Assembly: GCA_002450905.1 (NCBI GenBank)
Contig: DKAT01000083.1
Location: forward strand, 2,061 to 66,060
Source of the DNA: Spirochaetia bacterium UBA6919
Lineage (GTDB): Bacteria > Spirochaetota > UBA6919
Reading direction: 5' to 3'
Length of the DNA: 64,000 bases
The notes under the pieces were generated by a model. The model saw nothing but the letters and a program-made list of their open reading frames with translations, was not told the origin of the DNA and ran no database searches. This document shows positions 19,689 through 31,251 of the stretch, piece after piece; the stretch's first letter is position 1, and every line of letters starts with the position of its first letter. The position numbers and the translations under genes are program-made.

Positions 19689-19955
19689 TTATTTTGTTGA
19701 AGTAATACTTTGCTCCTCGTTTATCCCTTCTATGATGTATAGATCTTTTCTGATGAGAAAATTTCGTTGTAATTTCAATTTGGTAAAACAACTTTCGAGT
19801 AATTTTGTTATATCTTTCTCATCTTTGAGATCAAATTTTCGATCGAGACGATCTTCTTTAAGACGGTCAATGAGAGCATAGATGGCCTTTTCAACATAAT
19901 GGATTTCTTTTTCGTTAAATAAAAAGTCTTCAATTTTTTTTCTGGACTTACGCAT
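19689..19955 (-). CDS. Small hypothetical charged protein
   Basis: 88-aa ORF, no motif recognised. Convergent with the radical SAM gene. Confidence 0.3.
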   Translation of the reverse strand: MRKSRKKIEDFLFNEKEIHYVEKAIYALIDRLKEDRLDRKFDLKDEKDITKLLESCFTKLKLQRNFLIRKDLYIIEGINEEQSITSTK

Positions 19956-19964
19956 AAAACCCCC

Positions 19965-21458
19965 TTATTTTTGTATAACAGTGAAAAAACGCCTTCCATT
20001 TCTCACTACAGTTACTATAAACGATTTTTTATGTTGATTTTGTTGTACGAATTGATAAAATGTCTGTAAATCATTGATCTGATTATAATCAATAGATTCA
20101 ATAACGTCACCTACATTTAATGGGATTGATGATTTTAACACAGGGGAATTATGGTCTATTTTAACTATAACTACCCCTTTTTGAACTTTTAAATGAAATT
20201 TATTTTTATATCGTTCTATGGATCCAAAGGACATTCCCATCCACGTGCTTAAATTTTCTTCTCCCCCATTGTTTTTTAGAGATTTTTCAATCCAATTTTC
20301 AACTAATTTTGGTCTTTTTCCAATGATGATTTTTAATTTTATTTTCTTTCCATTTCTGATAATATCAAAATTTGCTGTTTTACCAGGCTTGATATTTGAA
20401 ACTGACTGTATTAATGACGCAGTATTTTTAACTTTCTTTTTATTGACAGCGGTAATGATGTCACCATTTTTCATATTCCCTTTATGAGCTGGCCCCCCTG
20501 TCTGGACATTCTGGACAATGACACCTCCATTTGTTTTAATATTTAGATGTTTCGAAATCGAGGAACTTAAATTATTAATGATGATGCCAATAAATCCTCT
20601 CTCAATCACACGATGTTTTTTTAACTCCTCTACCACATAACCTGCAATACTAACGGGGATAGCAAAACTTATTCCAAGAGAACCATGAGAATCGACACCC
20701 TGAGTAATAGTAGTTACTCCAACAACTTCACCTTTAATATTCAGTAAGGGACCTCCGCTACTTCCACGATTTATGGATGCATCAGTCTGGATAAAGTGTT
20801 TGAAAGCAGCATTTCTGTCAAATACAAGATCATCACGTCCTACTGCACTGATTATTCCAACTGTCATACTTCCACTTAACCCAAATGGGCTTCCAATTGC
20901 AATTGCAAAATCACCTACTTTTATGTTATAAGTTTGATTTATGGTGAGAAAAGGTAACTTTATATTGACATTTATCTTGAGTAGTGCAATGTCACTGATT
21001 TCATCTGTACCCCAAACCTGGGCAGAATATTTTTTCCCGTCATGCAATTTTATGATTATTTGTTCAGCACCTTTAATAACCTGGTAGTTTGTTACGACAA
21101 ATCCATTTTGATCAACGATAAATCCCGAACCAATATTTTTTATGGACTCGGGATGATTTGTGTTATCCCTTTGGTTAAAGAATTTTTCATGATATCTTCT
21201 GAATCCATCAAAAAAAGGGTGATTCCCTTTAGGCATGTTATTTTTCACTTTACCACTGATTTCTACAACAGAAGGAGAAATCTTTTTAGCAATGAGTTGC
21301 AAGGCATGTTGAAGTCCAAGACCTTTTTGTAGAGATGCTTTATCAAGTTTTATGATTTTATTTTTATTAGAGGATTTATTGTTATCCGATGAACCGTCAC
21401 CACATGATATAATAAATAGAATGATGATAACTAATAATAAATTATGCTTATAAGACAT
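19965..21458 (-). CDS. htrA: HtrA/DegP/DegQ-family periplasmic serine endoprotease with two PDZ domains
   Basis: Signal peptide; trypsin-like core with catalytic-Ser motif GSSGGPLLN; two C-terminal PDZ-like segments; 497 aa. Confidence 0.85.
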   Translation of the reverse strand: MSYKHNLLLVIIILFIISCGDGSSDNNKSSNKNKIIKLDKASLQKGLGLQHALQLIAKKISPSVVEISGKVKNNMPKGNHPFFDGFRRYHEKFFNQRDNTNHPESIKNIGSGFIVDQNGFVVTNYQVIKGAEQIIIKLHDGKKYSAQVWGTDEISDIALLKINVNIKLPFLTINQTYNIKVGDFAIAIGSPFGLSGSMTVGIISAVGRDDLVFDRNAAFKHFIQTDASINRGSSGGPLLNIKGEVVGVTTITQGVDSHGSLGISFAIPVSIAGYVVEELKKHRVIERGFIGIIINNLSSSISKHLNIKTNGGVIVQNVQTGGPAHKGNMKNGDIITAVNKKKVKNTASLIQSVSNIKPGKTANFDIIRNGKKIKLKIIIGKRPKLVENWIEKSLKNNGGEENLSTWMGMSFGSIERYKNKFHLKVQKGVVIVKIDHNSPVLKSSIPLNVGDVIESIDYNQINDLQTFYQFVQQNQHKKSFIVTVVRNGRRFFTVIQK

Positions 21459-21757
21459 TGATATTCCTTTGATTTCTTTTCGATATCTTTAAACACTAAT
21501 TGAATCAAAATAATACTTTTTTTCGGCAATTCCTATGACGTTAAATATGAATTTATTTATTTTATTGGTGTTCTATAATTCAAATCCTTTATTATCAAAA
21601 TCTTTAGTACATTCATTAAAATGGTTTAGCTATTTGAATTGTGTTTAAAAAAAATGTTTTTATCTATCTTAGAATAGAATTAATTTTCAAGAAAAATGTT
21701 TATAAAAACCTTTTGTGACACAAGACTTTGATAATTTAGTAATAAATTGATTCAGGA

Positions 21758-23086
21758 TTAATTATTCTGTTGGATACAAAACAAATCTTTATATCGATCA
21801 TAAATAATTTGACCATTCACAATAGTATAAACTGCAAACCCTTTCAATTTTCTTCCTATGAATGGGGAGTTTTTACAAATAGAGTGAAAAAAGTCTTTTG
21901 TTATATTGATTTCTAATTCTGGGTCTATAATAGTAATATCAGCGACAAAGCCATTTTTTAGGATGCCTCGATGGAGATTAAGTATCTTAGAAGGATTGAG
22001 TGATATTTTTTCTATGACATCTTGAATGGATAGATATTTGGTTGTAACAAGATTTTCAAATATGAGTGGGATAGCTGTTTCAAAACTTACAATACCAAAA
22101 GGAGCATTGATGAATTCAATATCTTTCTCATTATCCAACCAGGGATCATGATCAGTAGCTATTGTATCAATTGTTCCATCTTGTAAACCCTCTTTGATTG
22201 CAGATAAATCATCCTGGCTGCGAAGGGGTGGCTGGATTTTAAGGTTAGTATCATAAGGAGATTTAAGTATATCCTCTTCAGATAAGGAGAAATGATGAGG
22301 TGTGGTTCCACAGGTTATAGGGATATTATCTTTTTTCGAAATACGGATCATTTCAACAGAGGAGCGAGTGGTTATATGGGCAAAATGTATTCTTGATTGA
22401 GTGAATCTTGAGAGGATTATATCTCTTGAAACCATTAGTTCTTCAGCGATGGACGGTATGCCTTTGAATCCTAAAATAGTAGAGACCCTGCTTTCATTGA
22501 TACAACCATCTTCTGATAAGTTAGAGTCTTCACAATGAGATATGATGGGTATATTAAACATCTTTACGTATTCAAGAGCTGATCTCATAAGAGAACTATC
22601 CATTATACTTTTATTAACATCTGTCAGGGCAACAGCTCCAGCTTCAACCATTGAAGAAATATTTGTTAATTCTTTACCTTGATTTCCTTTAGTAACAGCA
22701 CCAATAGGAAAGATATTAACTAATCCAACAGACCTTGTTCTCGAGAGTATATATTCAATCCCCATCAAATCATCGATCACAGGATTTGTATTAGGCATAC
22801 AAGCAATAGAAGTAAATCCTCCAGATGCAGCACTCTCAGAACCTGATTTGATCGTACCTATGTCCTCTCTACCTGGTTCTTTTAAGTTGGTATGCATATC
22901 AATAAGCCCCGGACAAACATATTTCCCACTAGCATCTAAGATCTGGGCCTCATGATCTGTGATGTCCTTTTGAATCTTTTGAATTATACTTCCATCAATC
23001 AAAATATCCAATTTATCCATAATTTTCTGGGAAGGACAAATCACAATACCATTTTTAATCAGTAATTTCCTGGACACTCCGTCCAC
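21758..23086 (-). CDS. pyrC: Dihydroorotase (multifunctional-complex type)
   Basis: GLIDMHTNLKEPGREDIGT (D.H.HlReP metal-binding motif), 442 aa, overlaps the end of pyrB (pyrB-pyrC operon). Confidence 0.8.
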   Translation of the reverse strand: MDGVSRKLLIKNGIVICPSQKIMDKLDILIDGSIIQKIQKDITDHEAQILDASGKYVCPGLIDMHTNLKEPGREDIGTIKSGSESAASGGFTSIACMPNTNPVIDDLMGIEYILSRTRSVGLVNIFPIGAVTKGNQGKELTNISSMVEAGAVALTDVNKSIMDSSLMRSALEYVKMFNIPIISHCEDSNLSEDGCINESRVSTILGFKGIPSIAEELMVSRDIILSRFTQSRIHFAHITTRSSVEMIRISKKDNIPITCGTTPHHFSLSEEDILKSPYDTNLKIQPPLRSQDDLSAIKEGLQDGTIDTIATDHDPWLDNEKDIEFINAPFGIVSFETAIPLIFENLVTTKYLSIQDVIEKISLNPSKILNLHRGILKNGFVADITIIDPELEINITKDFFHSICKNSPFIGRKLKGFAVYTIVNGQIIYDRYKDLFCIQQNN

Positions 23087-24008
23087 CTCCCAAGAGTAGA
23101 AAAAAGACTGCCATACGAATAGCTATCCCATTAGTTACCTGATTTGTAATTGTTGATTGATCACTATAGGCAACACTTGTTGAAAGCTCAACTCCCCGAT
23201 TCATAGGACCTGGATGCATTACTAATACATCTCTCTTAGCTAATTTAACCCTTTTATCATTAATACTATATAAACGGACGTATTCTTCCAGTGAAGGAAA
23301 CAGCTTCTTGGCCTGCCGTTCAAGTTGGATCCTAAGACAATAAATAACATCAACACCGTCCAATCCTTCTTCCAAATTATAATAAATCTTACATCCCATT
23401 TTATCAATATCTTTGGGTATTAATGTCGGAGGCCCAACCAACCGAACTTCACCTCCTAATCTATGAATTCCTATGATATTCGATCGGGATACCCTGCTAT
23501 GAAGAATGTCTCCTACGATAGCCACTTTTAAACCATCAATTCCACCTTTCATTTCTTTCATAGTAAATAAATCTAACAATGCTTGAGTCGGGTGTTCATG
23601 GATACCATCTCCCCCATTGACTATCTGACAAGATGCATGCTGGGATAAGAATTGAGGTGCACCTGAGGCATTATGTCTTATGACTATGACATCTGAATTC
23701 ATCGCCTCAAGAGTCTTTGCAGTGTCAATCAAGCTTTCTCCCTTAGAAATACTACTAGTTGACGAGGAAATACTAATAACATCTGCACTCAAACGTTTTG
23801 CTGCAATTTCAAAGGATGTTCTAGTCCTTGTAGATGCTTCATAAAACAAATTAACAACGGTTTTACCCCGAAGAACAGGTACTTTTTTTACAGATCGAGT
23901 AAATATCTGCTTCATGGGAACAGCAGTTGATAAGACTAATTCAATTTCTTCCCTGGATAAATCAGCTAATCCTAATAAGTGTCTATGCTTAAATGTCAAG
24001 TTGTCCAT
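23055..24008 (-). CDS. pyrB: Aspartate carbamoyltransferase catalytic subunit
   Basis: STRTRTSFE carbamoyl-phosphate-binding motif, HPTQALLD, 317 aa. Confidence 0.9.
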   Translation of the reverse strand: MDNLTFKHRHLLGLADLSREEIELVLSTAVPMKQIFTRSVKKVPVLRGKTVVNLFYEASTRTRTSFEIAAKRLSADVISISSSTSSISKGESLIDTAKTLEAMNSDVIVIRHNASGAPQFLSQHASCQIVNGGDGIHEHPTQALLDLFTMKEMKGGIDGLKVAIVGDILHSRVSRSNIIGIHRLGGEVRLVGPPTLIPKDIDKMGCKIYYNLEEGLDGVDVIYCLRIQLERQAKKLFPSLEEYVRLYSINDKRVKLAKRDVLVMHPGPMNRGVELSTSVAYSDQSTITNQVTNGIAIRMAVFFLLLGGGRSVQEITD

Positions 24009-24261
24009 CCGATGATAGCAGGAATTAAATCAGGATAAATATACAATTATAAACCAATTTGAGCAATAGAATATGCTATATTCATAATTTTTTTTATGAA
24101 AATAAATCTAAAATGTATATAAATTATTTTTTTTGCCTTACAGAAAGTTAATTCTATCGTCCTGAATTACTTTAAAATATAACATAATTTAAAGGGGGTT
24201 GATATATTAAAAAAAAATTACGATATTTAAGTATACCAGATTATATTTCAAAGGAAATCAT

Positions 24262-26679
24262 ATGTTTAAAAATATGAAAATTAAAACAAAACTTATTATC
24301 ATGATTCTCATCCCTATGTTGGCTTTGCTATATTTCTCAGTCGATCTCATAATAGATAAATATAATATTTCAAAAGAAATGATTAAAATACAAAGCCTTG
24401 TCGAATTATCTGTCAAAATAAGTAATCTGGTCCACGAAACCCAAAGAGAGCGAGGACGAACTGGCGGTTATCTTGGAAGTAATAGTACAAAGTTTAGAAA
24501 TGAATTGATAAATCAACGCAAACTGACAGATACCAGAATAAAGGAACTTAATCAATTCATCAAATCATTTGATAAAACTATATTTAACAATCAATTTAAC
24601 AAACGACTTGATAATTCCTTTGAAGCACTCAATAAAATTGAATCAACGCGCTCTGCAATTCTATCTCAAAATCTTAATGTGAACAAAGCCCTTGGATATT
24701 ATACTAACTTGAATGCATTATTCTTAAATGTTGTTGAATATGTTTCCAATCTCAGTTCAAATGTAGAAATTGCTCATCAATCCTCAGCCTATGTTAATTT
24801 TCTACTGGCAAAAGAAAGATCAGGTATAGAACGGGCTGTAATCACAAATACTTTTGCTGGTAACAAATTCGGAGCAGGAATGTTTAATAAGTTCAGTGCT
24901 TTGGTTACAGAACAAGAATTGTATATTAAAGTCTTCAAGTCCTTTGCTACAACAGATAAAGAAAAATTATATGATTCTAAATCAAAAGACAATTCATTTC
25001 TTCAAGTTCAAAATATGAGAAACATTGCATTTGAAAAAGCAGATAAAGGTGATTTCGGTGTTGAAGCAGACAAGTGGTTTGAAACAATTACCAAAAAAAT
25101 TAATATCTTAAAAGAAATTGAAAACAACCTCTCAAAATCCCTTATTAATCAAAGTAATCTTCTAAAATCAAACGCTTATGCAGCTTTCACGATCTATCTC
25201 GTTGGAACTACCATTGTCATCATTCTTACAATTCTCATTGTGTACTTCTCATTTAGAAGTATTAACAAACCCCTCCGACAAGTTATTACAAATCTTAAAG
25301 ATATCGCTCAAGGGGAGGGGGATCTTACAAAAAAAATACATGTGAACACCAAAGAAGAAATGGGAGAACTAGCTAAGTATTTTAATTTATTTGTAGACAA
25401 ATTAAAGACTGTAATATCTCAAATAGGTGAGGTATCCAATAGTCTAGCTGCCAGTAGTGAAGAAATCAATGCCTCCGCAAGATCACTGGCTGATGGTGCA
25501 CAATCCCAGTCTGCAGGAGTGGAAGAAACAAGTGCTACTATGGAAGAATTTACTGCCAATGTCAAACAAATCAGCAATAATATCAATGAGGTTAATCAGG
25601 AAAGTCAGAAATTAATGGATATCGCTGTAGAAAGTTTACCAAAAGTAGATAATGCCATGAATAGCATTGAAAAGATTAGTGAAAGCTCAATAAAAATACG
25701 TGAGATAGTGAATGTCATCAATGATATTGCCGATCAAACTAATTTATTATCTCTCAATGCTTCTATCGAGGCTGCAAGAGCAGGAGAGCACGGAAGAGGT
25801 TTTGCTGTAGTAGCTGAAGAAATCTCTAAACTAGCCAATCGCAGTGCTGACTCAACTAAACAAATTGAAAATCTTATGAAAATTAGTATCAAAGATATCG
25901 AAAATGGTGTCTCACTCGTTAGTTCCGCAACAGGTGCTTTCAGGCAAATCGTTAATGGTGTTGAAAATACTGCAAGTTATATTGAAGATATCACTAAGGC
26001 TATTGAACAGCAAAAAATAGGTACTGACCAGGTGGTTGAATCGATCAATGAAATTAGTAGTGTTACTGAAACAAATGCTGCAGGGGCTGAACAAATGTCT
26101 GCAAGTACAACGGAATTACAAAATCAAGCTGAAACACTAAATCACCTGGTAAATCAATTTAAAATTGAAGATAACTCAGAAGTTTCTCATCAGGGAGTAG
26201 CACTTTTGTCAGAAAAAAAAGATGAGCACAATACAAAACATTTTGATACAAACCACAGAAATGATCATGCTAAAAAATATATTAAGTGGGATAATTCTTT
26301 TAGTGTAAATATTAAAGAAATCGATCGACAACACCAGGTCCTTGTTGATATTATCAATGATCTCTATGAATCGATGTCATCTGGGAAGAGTAAATCAATC
26401 ATGTCAAAAATACTCGATGGATTAACAGATTACACCAAAAAACATTTCAGTTATGAAGAAAAAATGATGGATAGTTACAAATACCATGGCTTAAGTGATC
26501 AATTAAAACAACACCAGAAGTTTGTAGATAAATTAACGGATATGTGTGATAATTTTTCTAATAATAAAGCTGTGCTTTCAACAGAGCTAATGGAATTTTT
26601 AAAAGACTGGTTAACAAATCATATCAAAAAAACAGATATGGAATATAAAGTTTTTTTCAATGCTAAAGGTGTATCATAA
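24262..26679 (+). CDS. Methyl-accepting chemotaxis protein with N-terminal NIT (nitrate/nitrite-sensing-like) domain, HAMP, MCP signalling domain and C-terminal hemerythrin domain
   Basis: TM1, then [18 protein letters not shown] (NIT-domain signature). TM2 [26 protein letters not shown] core [32 protein letters not shown]. The C-terminal 130 aa carries the hemerythrin H...HxxxE...H...HxxxD pattern ([37 protein letters not shown]). Confidence 0.85.
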   Translation: MFKNMKIKTKLIIMILIPMLALLYFSVDLIIDKYNISKEMIKIQSLVELSVKISNLVHETQRERGRTGGYLGSNSTKFRNELINQRKLTDTRIKELNQFIKSFDKTIFNNQFNKRLDNSFEALNKIESTRSAILSQNLNVNKALGYYTNLNALFLNVVEYVSNLSSNVEIAHQSSAYVNFLLAKERSGIERAVITNTFAGNKFGAGMFNKFSALVTEQELYIKVFKSFATTDKEKLYDSKSKDNSFLQVQNMRNIAFEKADKGDFGVEADKWFETITKKINILKEIENNLSKSLINQSNLLKSNAYAAFTIYLVGTTIVIILTILIVYFSFRSINKPLRQVITNLKDIAQGEGDLTKKIHVNTKEEMGELAKYFNLFVDKLKTVISQIGEVSNSLAASSEEINASARSLADGAQSQSAGVEETSATMEEFTANVKQISNNINEVNQESQKLMDIAVESLPKVDNAMNSIEKISESSIKIREIVNVINDIADQTNLLSLNASIEAARAGEHGRGFAVVAEEISKLANRSADSTKQIENLMKISIKDIENGVSLVSSATGAFRQIVNGVENTASYIEDITKAIEQQKIGTDQVVESINEISSVTETNAAGAEQMSASTTELQNQAETLNHLVNQFKIEDNSEVSHQGVALLSEKKDEHNTKHFDTNHRNDHAKKYIKWDNSFSVNIKEIDRQHQVLVDIINDLYESMSSGKSKSIMSKILDGLTDYTKKHFSYEEKMMDSYKYHGLSDQLKQHQKFVDKLTDMCDNFSNNKAVLSTELMEFLKDWLTNHIKKTDMEYKVFFNAKGVS

Positions 26680-26955
26680 TTTTTACATATAATTTTTATT
26701 AACACTTCCCCCATAAAGAATTAGTTTCGCTTCTTACAGGGGTTTCCTGATCATTACCCACTTTTAAATTAAATACGAAAAAACTTTCTTTCTATCTATT
26801 CATTTGATAACTTAACAAATCTGATATAAATTATATAAATTAATAATCTATACATTGATTTTTTGGGATGAATGTGTTATTTTCATCTCTTAACAAGAAA
26901 TAAGTTTACAATAACAACAAATTCAATTCCTATTATTATACCATAAAAAACATTA

Positions 26956-28011
26956 TTGACCAAATTTAATCTCTTTCAAAAAGGATTTCCCAATTTAATG
27001 GATACATCACAAGATCAATCAGTTCATACACAAAAATCAAATAATTATCCATTGCTTATTTTAAAGATATTTTTACTAATACTGGTCATTTTATACATTA
27101 TTTTTTATAAAAATCTTGATTTTCAAAAAGTATTTGATCTTCTAAAAAATGTTTCCCTATCAAATATTTTTATTTTACCTGTCATCTTCTTAATTGCTGA
27201 ATATATCCAGGCACCTGTCATCCCCATCTTAATGAAACCTTATAATATCTTTTATAAATCATTGAATGTCATGAAAATTAATTTAATGTCCGCATTTTAT
27301 TCCCTGTTTCCCCTCGGTATTCTTGGGGGAGGTATCGTCCGATGGTACCGACTTTCTAAACAGAACAAGAAACGAAATGAGGTATTTACTGTTATCATCC
27401 TCCAAAAAATCTTATCTATTATCAGTTTATTAATCCTGGCATTGATTATATTAATTTTACATAATCCATTTGGTGGTGAGACTAAACATTTCTTTCTATT
27501 GATGTCGATAACATTTGTGGTATTAATCCTATTAGGAATAAGTTTATCTGTTTTAATAAGTACCAAAGTGATGACGTTTATGGATATAAAAATTATTTCT
27601 CCAATCATCAATAAATTACCAGGATTTATTAGAGAGAAAATAAAGAATCTCTGGATAGCAATTTCAGGTTATAAAGGGCAATATAAAATTATTTTAACTG
27701 CACTCATCATAACGATTGGCTATAAGTTGGGGATATTTGTATTTTATTTTTTTTCTGCTAAGGCCTTAAATATCCCTATGACAGTAGAATCTTCTCTGGG
27801 ATTATTTTTCATTGTGTTTGGACTGATGGAGGTAATTCCATTTTTTAGTGCCTTAGGATTTAGAGAGGGAATGTTTATTGAACTTTATCCAAAATATGGG
27901 ATATCTCCAGAACAAGCAGTCTCCCATTCCCTGTTTATGTTTGCATTTTATACTTTTTTTGGAGGTTTGTTGGAGTTTTCCTACCACTTTTTGAGAAAAA
28001 AAAATGAATAA
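26956..28011 (+). CDS. Polytopic membrane protein, possibly flippase-like (UPF0104 / LPG-synthase TM-region-like)
   Basis: 351 aa, at least 7 predicted TM helices. Its end overlaps the downstream GT-C-like gene by 8 bp. Family assignment is from architecture only. Confidence 0.35.
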   Translation: MTKFNLFQKGFPNLMDTSQDQSVHTQKSNNYPLLILKIFLLILVILYIIFYKNLDFQKVFDLLKNVSLSNIFILPVIFLIAEYIQAPVIPILMKPYNIFYKSLNVMKINLMSAFYSLFPLGILGGGIVRWYRLSKQNKKRNEVFTVIILQKILSIISLLILALIILILHNPFGGETKHFFLLMSITFVVLILLGISLSVLISTKVMTFMDIKIISPIINKLPGFIREKIKNLWIAISGYKGQYKIILTALIITIGYKLGIFVFYFFSAKALNIPMTVESSLGLFFIVFGLMEVIPFFSALGFREGMFIELYPKYGISPEQAVSHSLFMFAFYTFFGGLLEFSYHFLRKKNE

Positions 28012-29668
28012 TCTTGTCAATCTTTTTAATAGTAATAAAAAATATCTTATTTTCATCGTAATTGTTGTTGTAGCAGTAGTGCAGAGAGGGAGTGTGTTAT
28101 TTGTTGAGTTCTATGATGTTGATGAAATTACAGATATATTAATGACCTCTGAAATTGTAGATGGCGGTAAACCTTATATTGATGCGGTTCCTGGAAGACC
28201 AATTTATTTTTTATTGTTCTACACGGTATTTAAATTGTTTGGAAATGGGAATATCTTGGCATTACATACAGTATCAATAATCTGGGTGCTCTTAACTTCA
28301 TTTAGTTTATATTTGATCAATAAAAGACTTTTTTCAAACCAAGCTGGGTATTACTCAGCCTTATTTTATGGGGTATTTATATCCGTCTTATTTGAACATT
28401 ATCTGGCTGTTCATGGTGAGTTGGTATATAATCTACCGGTTAGTATCGCCTTCCTATTCTTTGTTCTTGCTGAAACTGATTATAAACCTTTAATATTTTA
28501 TATTTTATCCGGTATTTTTGCAGGGATATCTTTTTTAACCAAGGGACAGACTATATTATTGATGTTTTATTTTGGGTTTTATTTATTGATAGTAAAATCA
28601 CTATTAAATAGAAATCTCTTTAAAAATATAGTAAATGGTCTTTTAGTTCTTTCAGGATTTCTGATAACAGCTATACTTGTATCCTTGATATTTTATTATT
28701 ATAAGATATTTGATTATTTCATAAGTTTTTATATTGGAGGAAATATAGGATATGCCGTTTCAGGATTTCAAAATATTGAGATATTGTCCCTTCTAAAAAA
28801 AGTCTTTTTTAAAGTCACTCAAAATGCCGTGTGCCAGCTTCCATTGTGGGTATTTGCTATTTATTATTTATACAAAAGTAGATTTCTAAAATCAAGAGTC
28901 ACTAAAGATTATATGCTTCTCTTCTTCCTTATATTCAGTTTCATTGGCATTTTTATGGGAGGATCCCGTTTATATAATCACTATTTCATGCAATATATTC
29001 CTGCACTCTGTTTATTGGCTGGATATGGTATAACTCTCATCACTGACAATATTCAGATGGATAGAAAAAAAGGATTTCTTATTCATTTAAGTATTCTATT
29101 ACCTGTGATTTTCTTCTCAGCCTGGAATTATACTAATGCTTATTTCTCCCATACCAATCCTCAAAAGGCTTTTCCGCAAAATCATGCTATAATCCCAAGA
29201 TCCCCATATAAAGAAGTGGCTCAATGGATCAAGGAAAATAGTCAACCAGAAGATAGAATTGTCCAATGGGGAGACATCATTGAAATCTATTACTTTGCTC
29301 AAAGAAAGCCTGGATTACGATTTTTATGGTGTTCTTTCTATACAAATATATACAGTGGACTTGCAAAACCAGACAAGATTAATAAGATACATTATAATCC
29401 AAATCTTTTACGAAAGAAAATGAAACTCCCACAAAACCAGCAGTGGACATTTAAAAGTTGGATTGATTTGCAGTACACTATTCTTTTAGATTTTGAAAGA
29501 GATAATCCACTATACAAAAGACCTCTCTATATAATTGACACATCAGAAGCCAGAATCCGGGATTTTTATGCTCCATTTAAAGAATATCCCGTTTTGTATG
29601 GTTATATAATTAAATATTATAAACTTATTAAGACAATTAACAGGATGGATATATATCAGTTGAGATAA
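28004..29668 (+). CDS. GT-C-fold membrane glycosyltransferase (ArnT/PMT-like, GT39/GT83-like) with C-terminal soluble domain
   Basis: Many N-terminal TM helices, an acidic DE motif in the first loop (FYDVDEITD), 554 aa, operonic with the upstream membrane protein. Confidence 0.5.
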   Translation: MNNLVNLFNSNKKYLIFIVIVVVAVVQRGSVLFVEFYDVDEITDILMTSEIVDGGKPYIDAVPGRPIYFLLFYTVFKLFGNGNILALHTVSIIWVLLTSFSLYLINKRLFSNQAGYYSALFYGVFISVLFEHYLAVHGELVYNLPVSIAFLFFVLAETDYKPLIFYILSGIFAGISFLTKGQTILLMFYFGFYLLIVKSLLNRNLFKNIVNGLLVLSGFLITAILVSLIFYYYKIFDYFISFYIGGNIGYAVSGFQNIEILSLLKKVFFKVTQNAVCQLPLWVFAIYYLYKSRFLKSRVTKDYMLLFFLIFSFIGIFMGGSRLYNHYFMQYIPALCLLAGYGITLITDNIQMDRKKGFLIHLSILLPVIFFSAWNYTNAYFSHTNPQKAFPQNHAIIPRSPYKEVAQWIKENSQPEDRIVQWGDIIEIYYFAQRKPGLRFLWCSFYTNIYSGLAKPDKINKIHYNPNLLRKKMKLPQNQQWTFKSWIDLQYTILLDFERDNPLYKRPLYIIDTSEARIRDFYAPFKEYPVLYGYIIKYYKLIKTINRMDIYQLR

Positions 29669-29677
29669 GGGTTTTTA

Positions 29678-29965
29678 TCATTTTATGTCAATATCAAATT
29701 CATAGTCCACAAGACGTCCTGGAAAAGCAGTTTCTAAGAAATTTATACCTTTACTAAGGATTGTATTTCCAAATTGTTTGTCGTTCGTCACAAATGCTAT
29801 ACCAATAAGCGATTGATGATATGTATCCTGATAATCTACTTCAGCAATGGAGAAATTGAATTGATTCTTTAACTTCTGTTTAATACTATTAATAATTTTT
29901 CGTTTATCTTTAAGCGTATAACAATCTTCTGTTGCTATTAATATTTTTGCTGTTACGATAACCAT
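29678..29965 (-). CDS. DUF503 (YlxP-like) family protein
   Basis: 95 aa. KDKRKIINSIKQKLKNQFNFSIAEVDYQDTYHQSLIGIAFVTND matches the LKEKR...FNVSVAEVD.QD..QRA.LGVA DUF503 pattern. Confidence 0.55.
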   Translation of the reverse strand: MVIVTAKILIATEDCYTLKDKRKIINSIKQKLKNQFNFSIAEVDYQDTYHQSLIGIAFVTNDKQFGNTILSKGINFLETAFPGRLVDYEFDIDIK

Positions 29966-30176
29966 AATTCAATATTTGGAATTATTTTTTGTGAAATGAA
30001 ATTATATTGGAATTTGGGGTGGTGATTTTGAACAAATGATATTTCTTGATTCATAATTTTTCCCATGATTTTCTCATATTTCTCCCATGAACAGGCTGTT
30101 TAGTGTATGGTTATCATTTTTTTATGATTGTTTTAAAATCTGTTTCTGTTTTATCACTGATAATTTTTTTATAATA

Positions 30177-31217
30177 TTAAGCAAGATCATTTAGTTTGCC
30201 GGTAATAATTTTTCCAATACCAACTAAAAGGGATTCTGAACGGTGTGTAAATCGGATAGTGATTCTTTTATTTTCCCTATCAAGGGATGTTACTTCAGCT
30301 TGGGCTAAAATAATTTTACCAAAAATAGTGATCCCAATCCTGTCGAGATGATCCCCCACAGAGAAATTATACATTTCTCCCAGAACATCTTTAATTAGAC
30401 TGAAAGTTAATTCAAGTGGGCTTATAACATATCCAATTCCACCAATAATAAGGGATTGAGATATATAGACATCAATCTTAATATTATCTATTTCATTGAT
30501 TAAAACTTTTAAATGACTTCTCTCGGAGTAGTAAGGATCCGTTTCGTTTATTTTTTCAATGGTTTTTTTAACAAGATCCTTTTGTGGCATATTTTTATCG
30601 AATGATGATGTAATTACAGTTTTTGCATGGAAATTAGAATATATTTCAGATTGTGGATTTCCATAGATTATAATGATATGAAAAGAATTATTTTCATGAT
30701 TTAATTTATTGATGAGATGTAACCATTTATACCCATCAAAATCAATATCCACAATAAGATGTGTAATTCTATATCGCTTTAAAACAATTTCAATTTGATC
30801 CTCCTCATCCAGTCGATACAAGGAGATACCATTTGCGATAATTCTTGGCATAAAGAAGTCATATTTTTCATTGGATAGGTTACATACGAGTAATCCTGGT
30901 CTTCGATGAATGTCAGAAAGAAATACCGGAACATGTTTGTGATCATTGGATTTTTTGGGCAGGGAGGTACTTATTTGTTTGATTTGATTATTTTCTTCAA
31001 TTGTTTTCTCTACACGGACCTGTTCTTTTTCATAATATAATTTTTCAATCCCTTTTGATTTAAGGAAATCTATATCACTTTTAGTAAACATTTCATTAGC
31101 TGATTTAATTTTATGCCCCTTCTCATCGTATGTATCGCCAGCAAGACATGTGCCTGGATTCATAAATTTGACTTTGACTTCGTATTTTCTATAGAGGATT
31201 TTCTCGTTTTCGCTCAT
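30177..31217 (-). CDS. Hypothetical protein with DUF3391-like N-terminal domain (the domain found N-terminal to HD-GYP proteins), without an HD-GYP motif; operonic with the upstream MCP
   Basis: VKVKFMNPGTCLAGDTYDEKGHKI...FTKSDIDFLKSKGIEKLYYEKE fits the DUF3391 pattern. No HD..GYP residues found. 34 bp downstream of the MCP on the same strand. Confidence 0.4.
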   Translation of the reverse strand: MSENEKILYRKYEVKVKFMNPGTCLAGDTYDEKGHKIKSANEMFTKSDIDFLKSKGIEKLYYEKEQVRVEKTIEENNQIKQISTSLPKKSNDHKHVPVFLSDIHRRPGLLVCNLSNEKYDFFMPRIIANGISLYRLDEEDQIEIVLKRYRITHLIVDIDFDGYKWLHLINKLNHENNSFHIIIIYGNPQSEIYSNFHAKTVITSSFDKNMPQKDLVKKTIEKINETDPYYSERSHLKVLINEIDNIKIDVYISQSLIIGGIGYVISPLELTFSLIKDVLGEMYNFSVGDHLDRIGITIFGKIILAQAEVTSLDRENKRITIRFTHRSESLLVGIGKIITGKLNDLA

Positions 31218-31251
31218 TTGTTCCTACCTGGGAATCATTTAAAATGTATAG

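Noticed and set aside
19808-21332. ORFs 19808..19999 (-), 20218..20487 (+), 21042..21332 (+)
   Set aside because: They overlap htrA and the small 19689..19955 ORF in other frames. Their hydrophobic low-complexity translations are typical of antisense reading of AT-rich coding DNA.
24789-29302. ORFs 24789..24992, 25912..26094, 27297..27611, 27853..28056, 29117..29302 (all -)
   Set aside because: Antisense and embedded within the NIT-MCP and the two membrane-protein genes.
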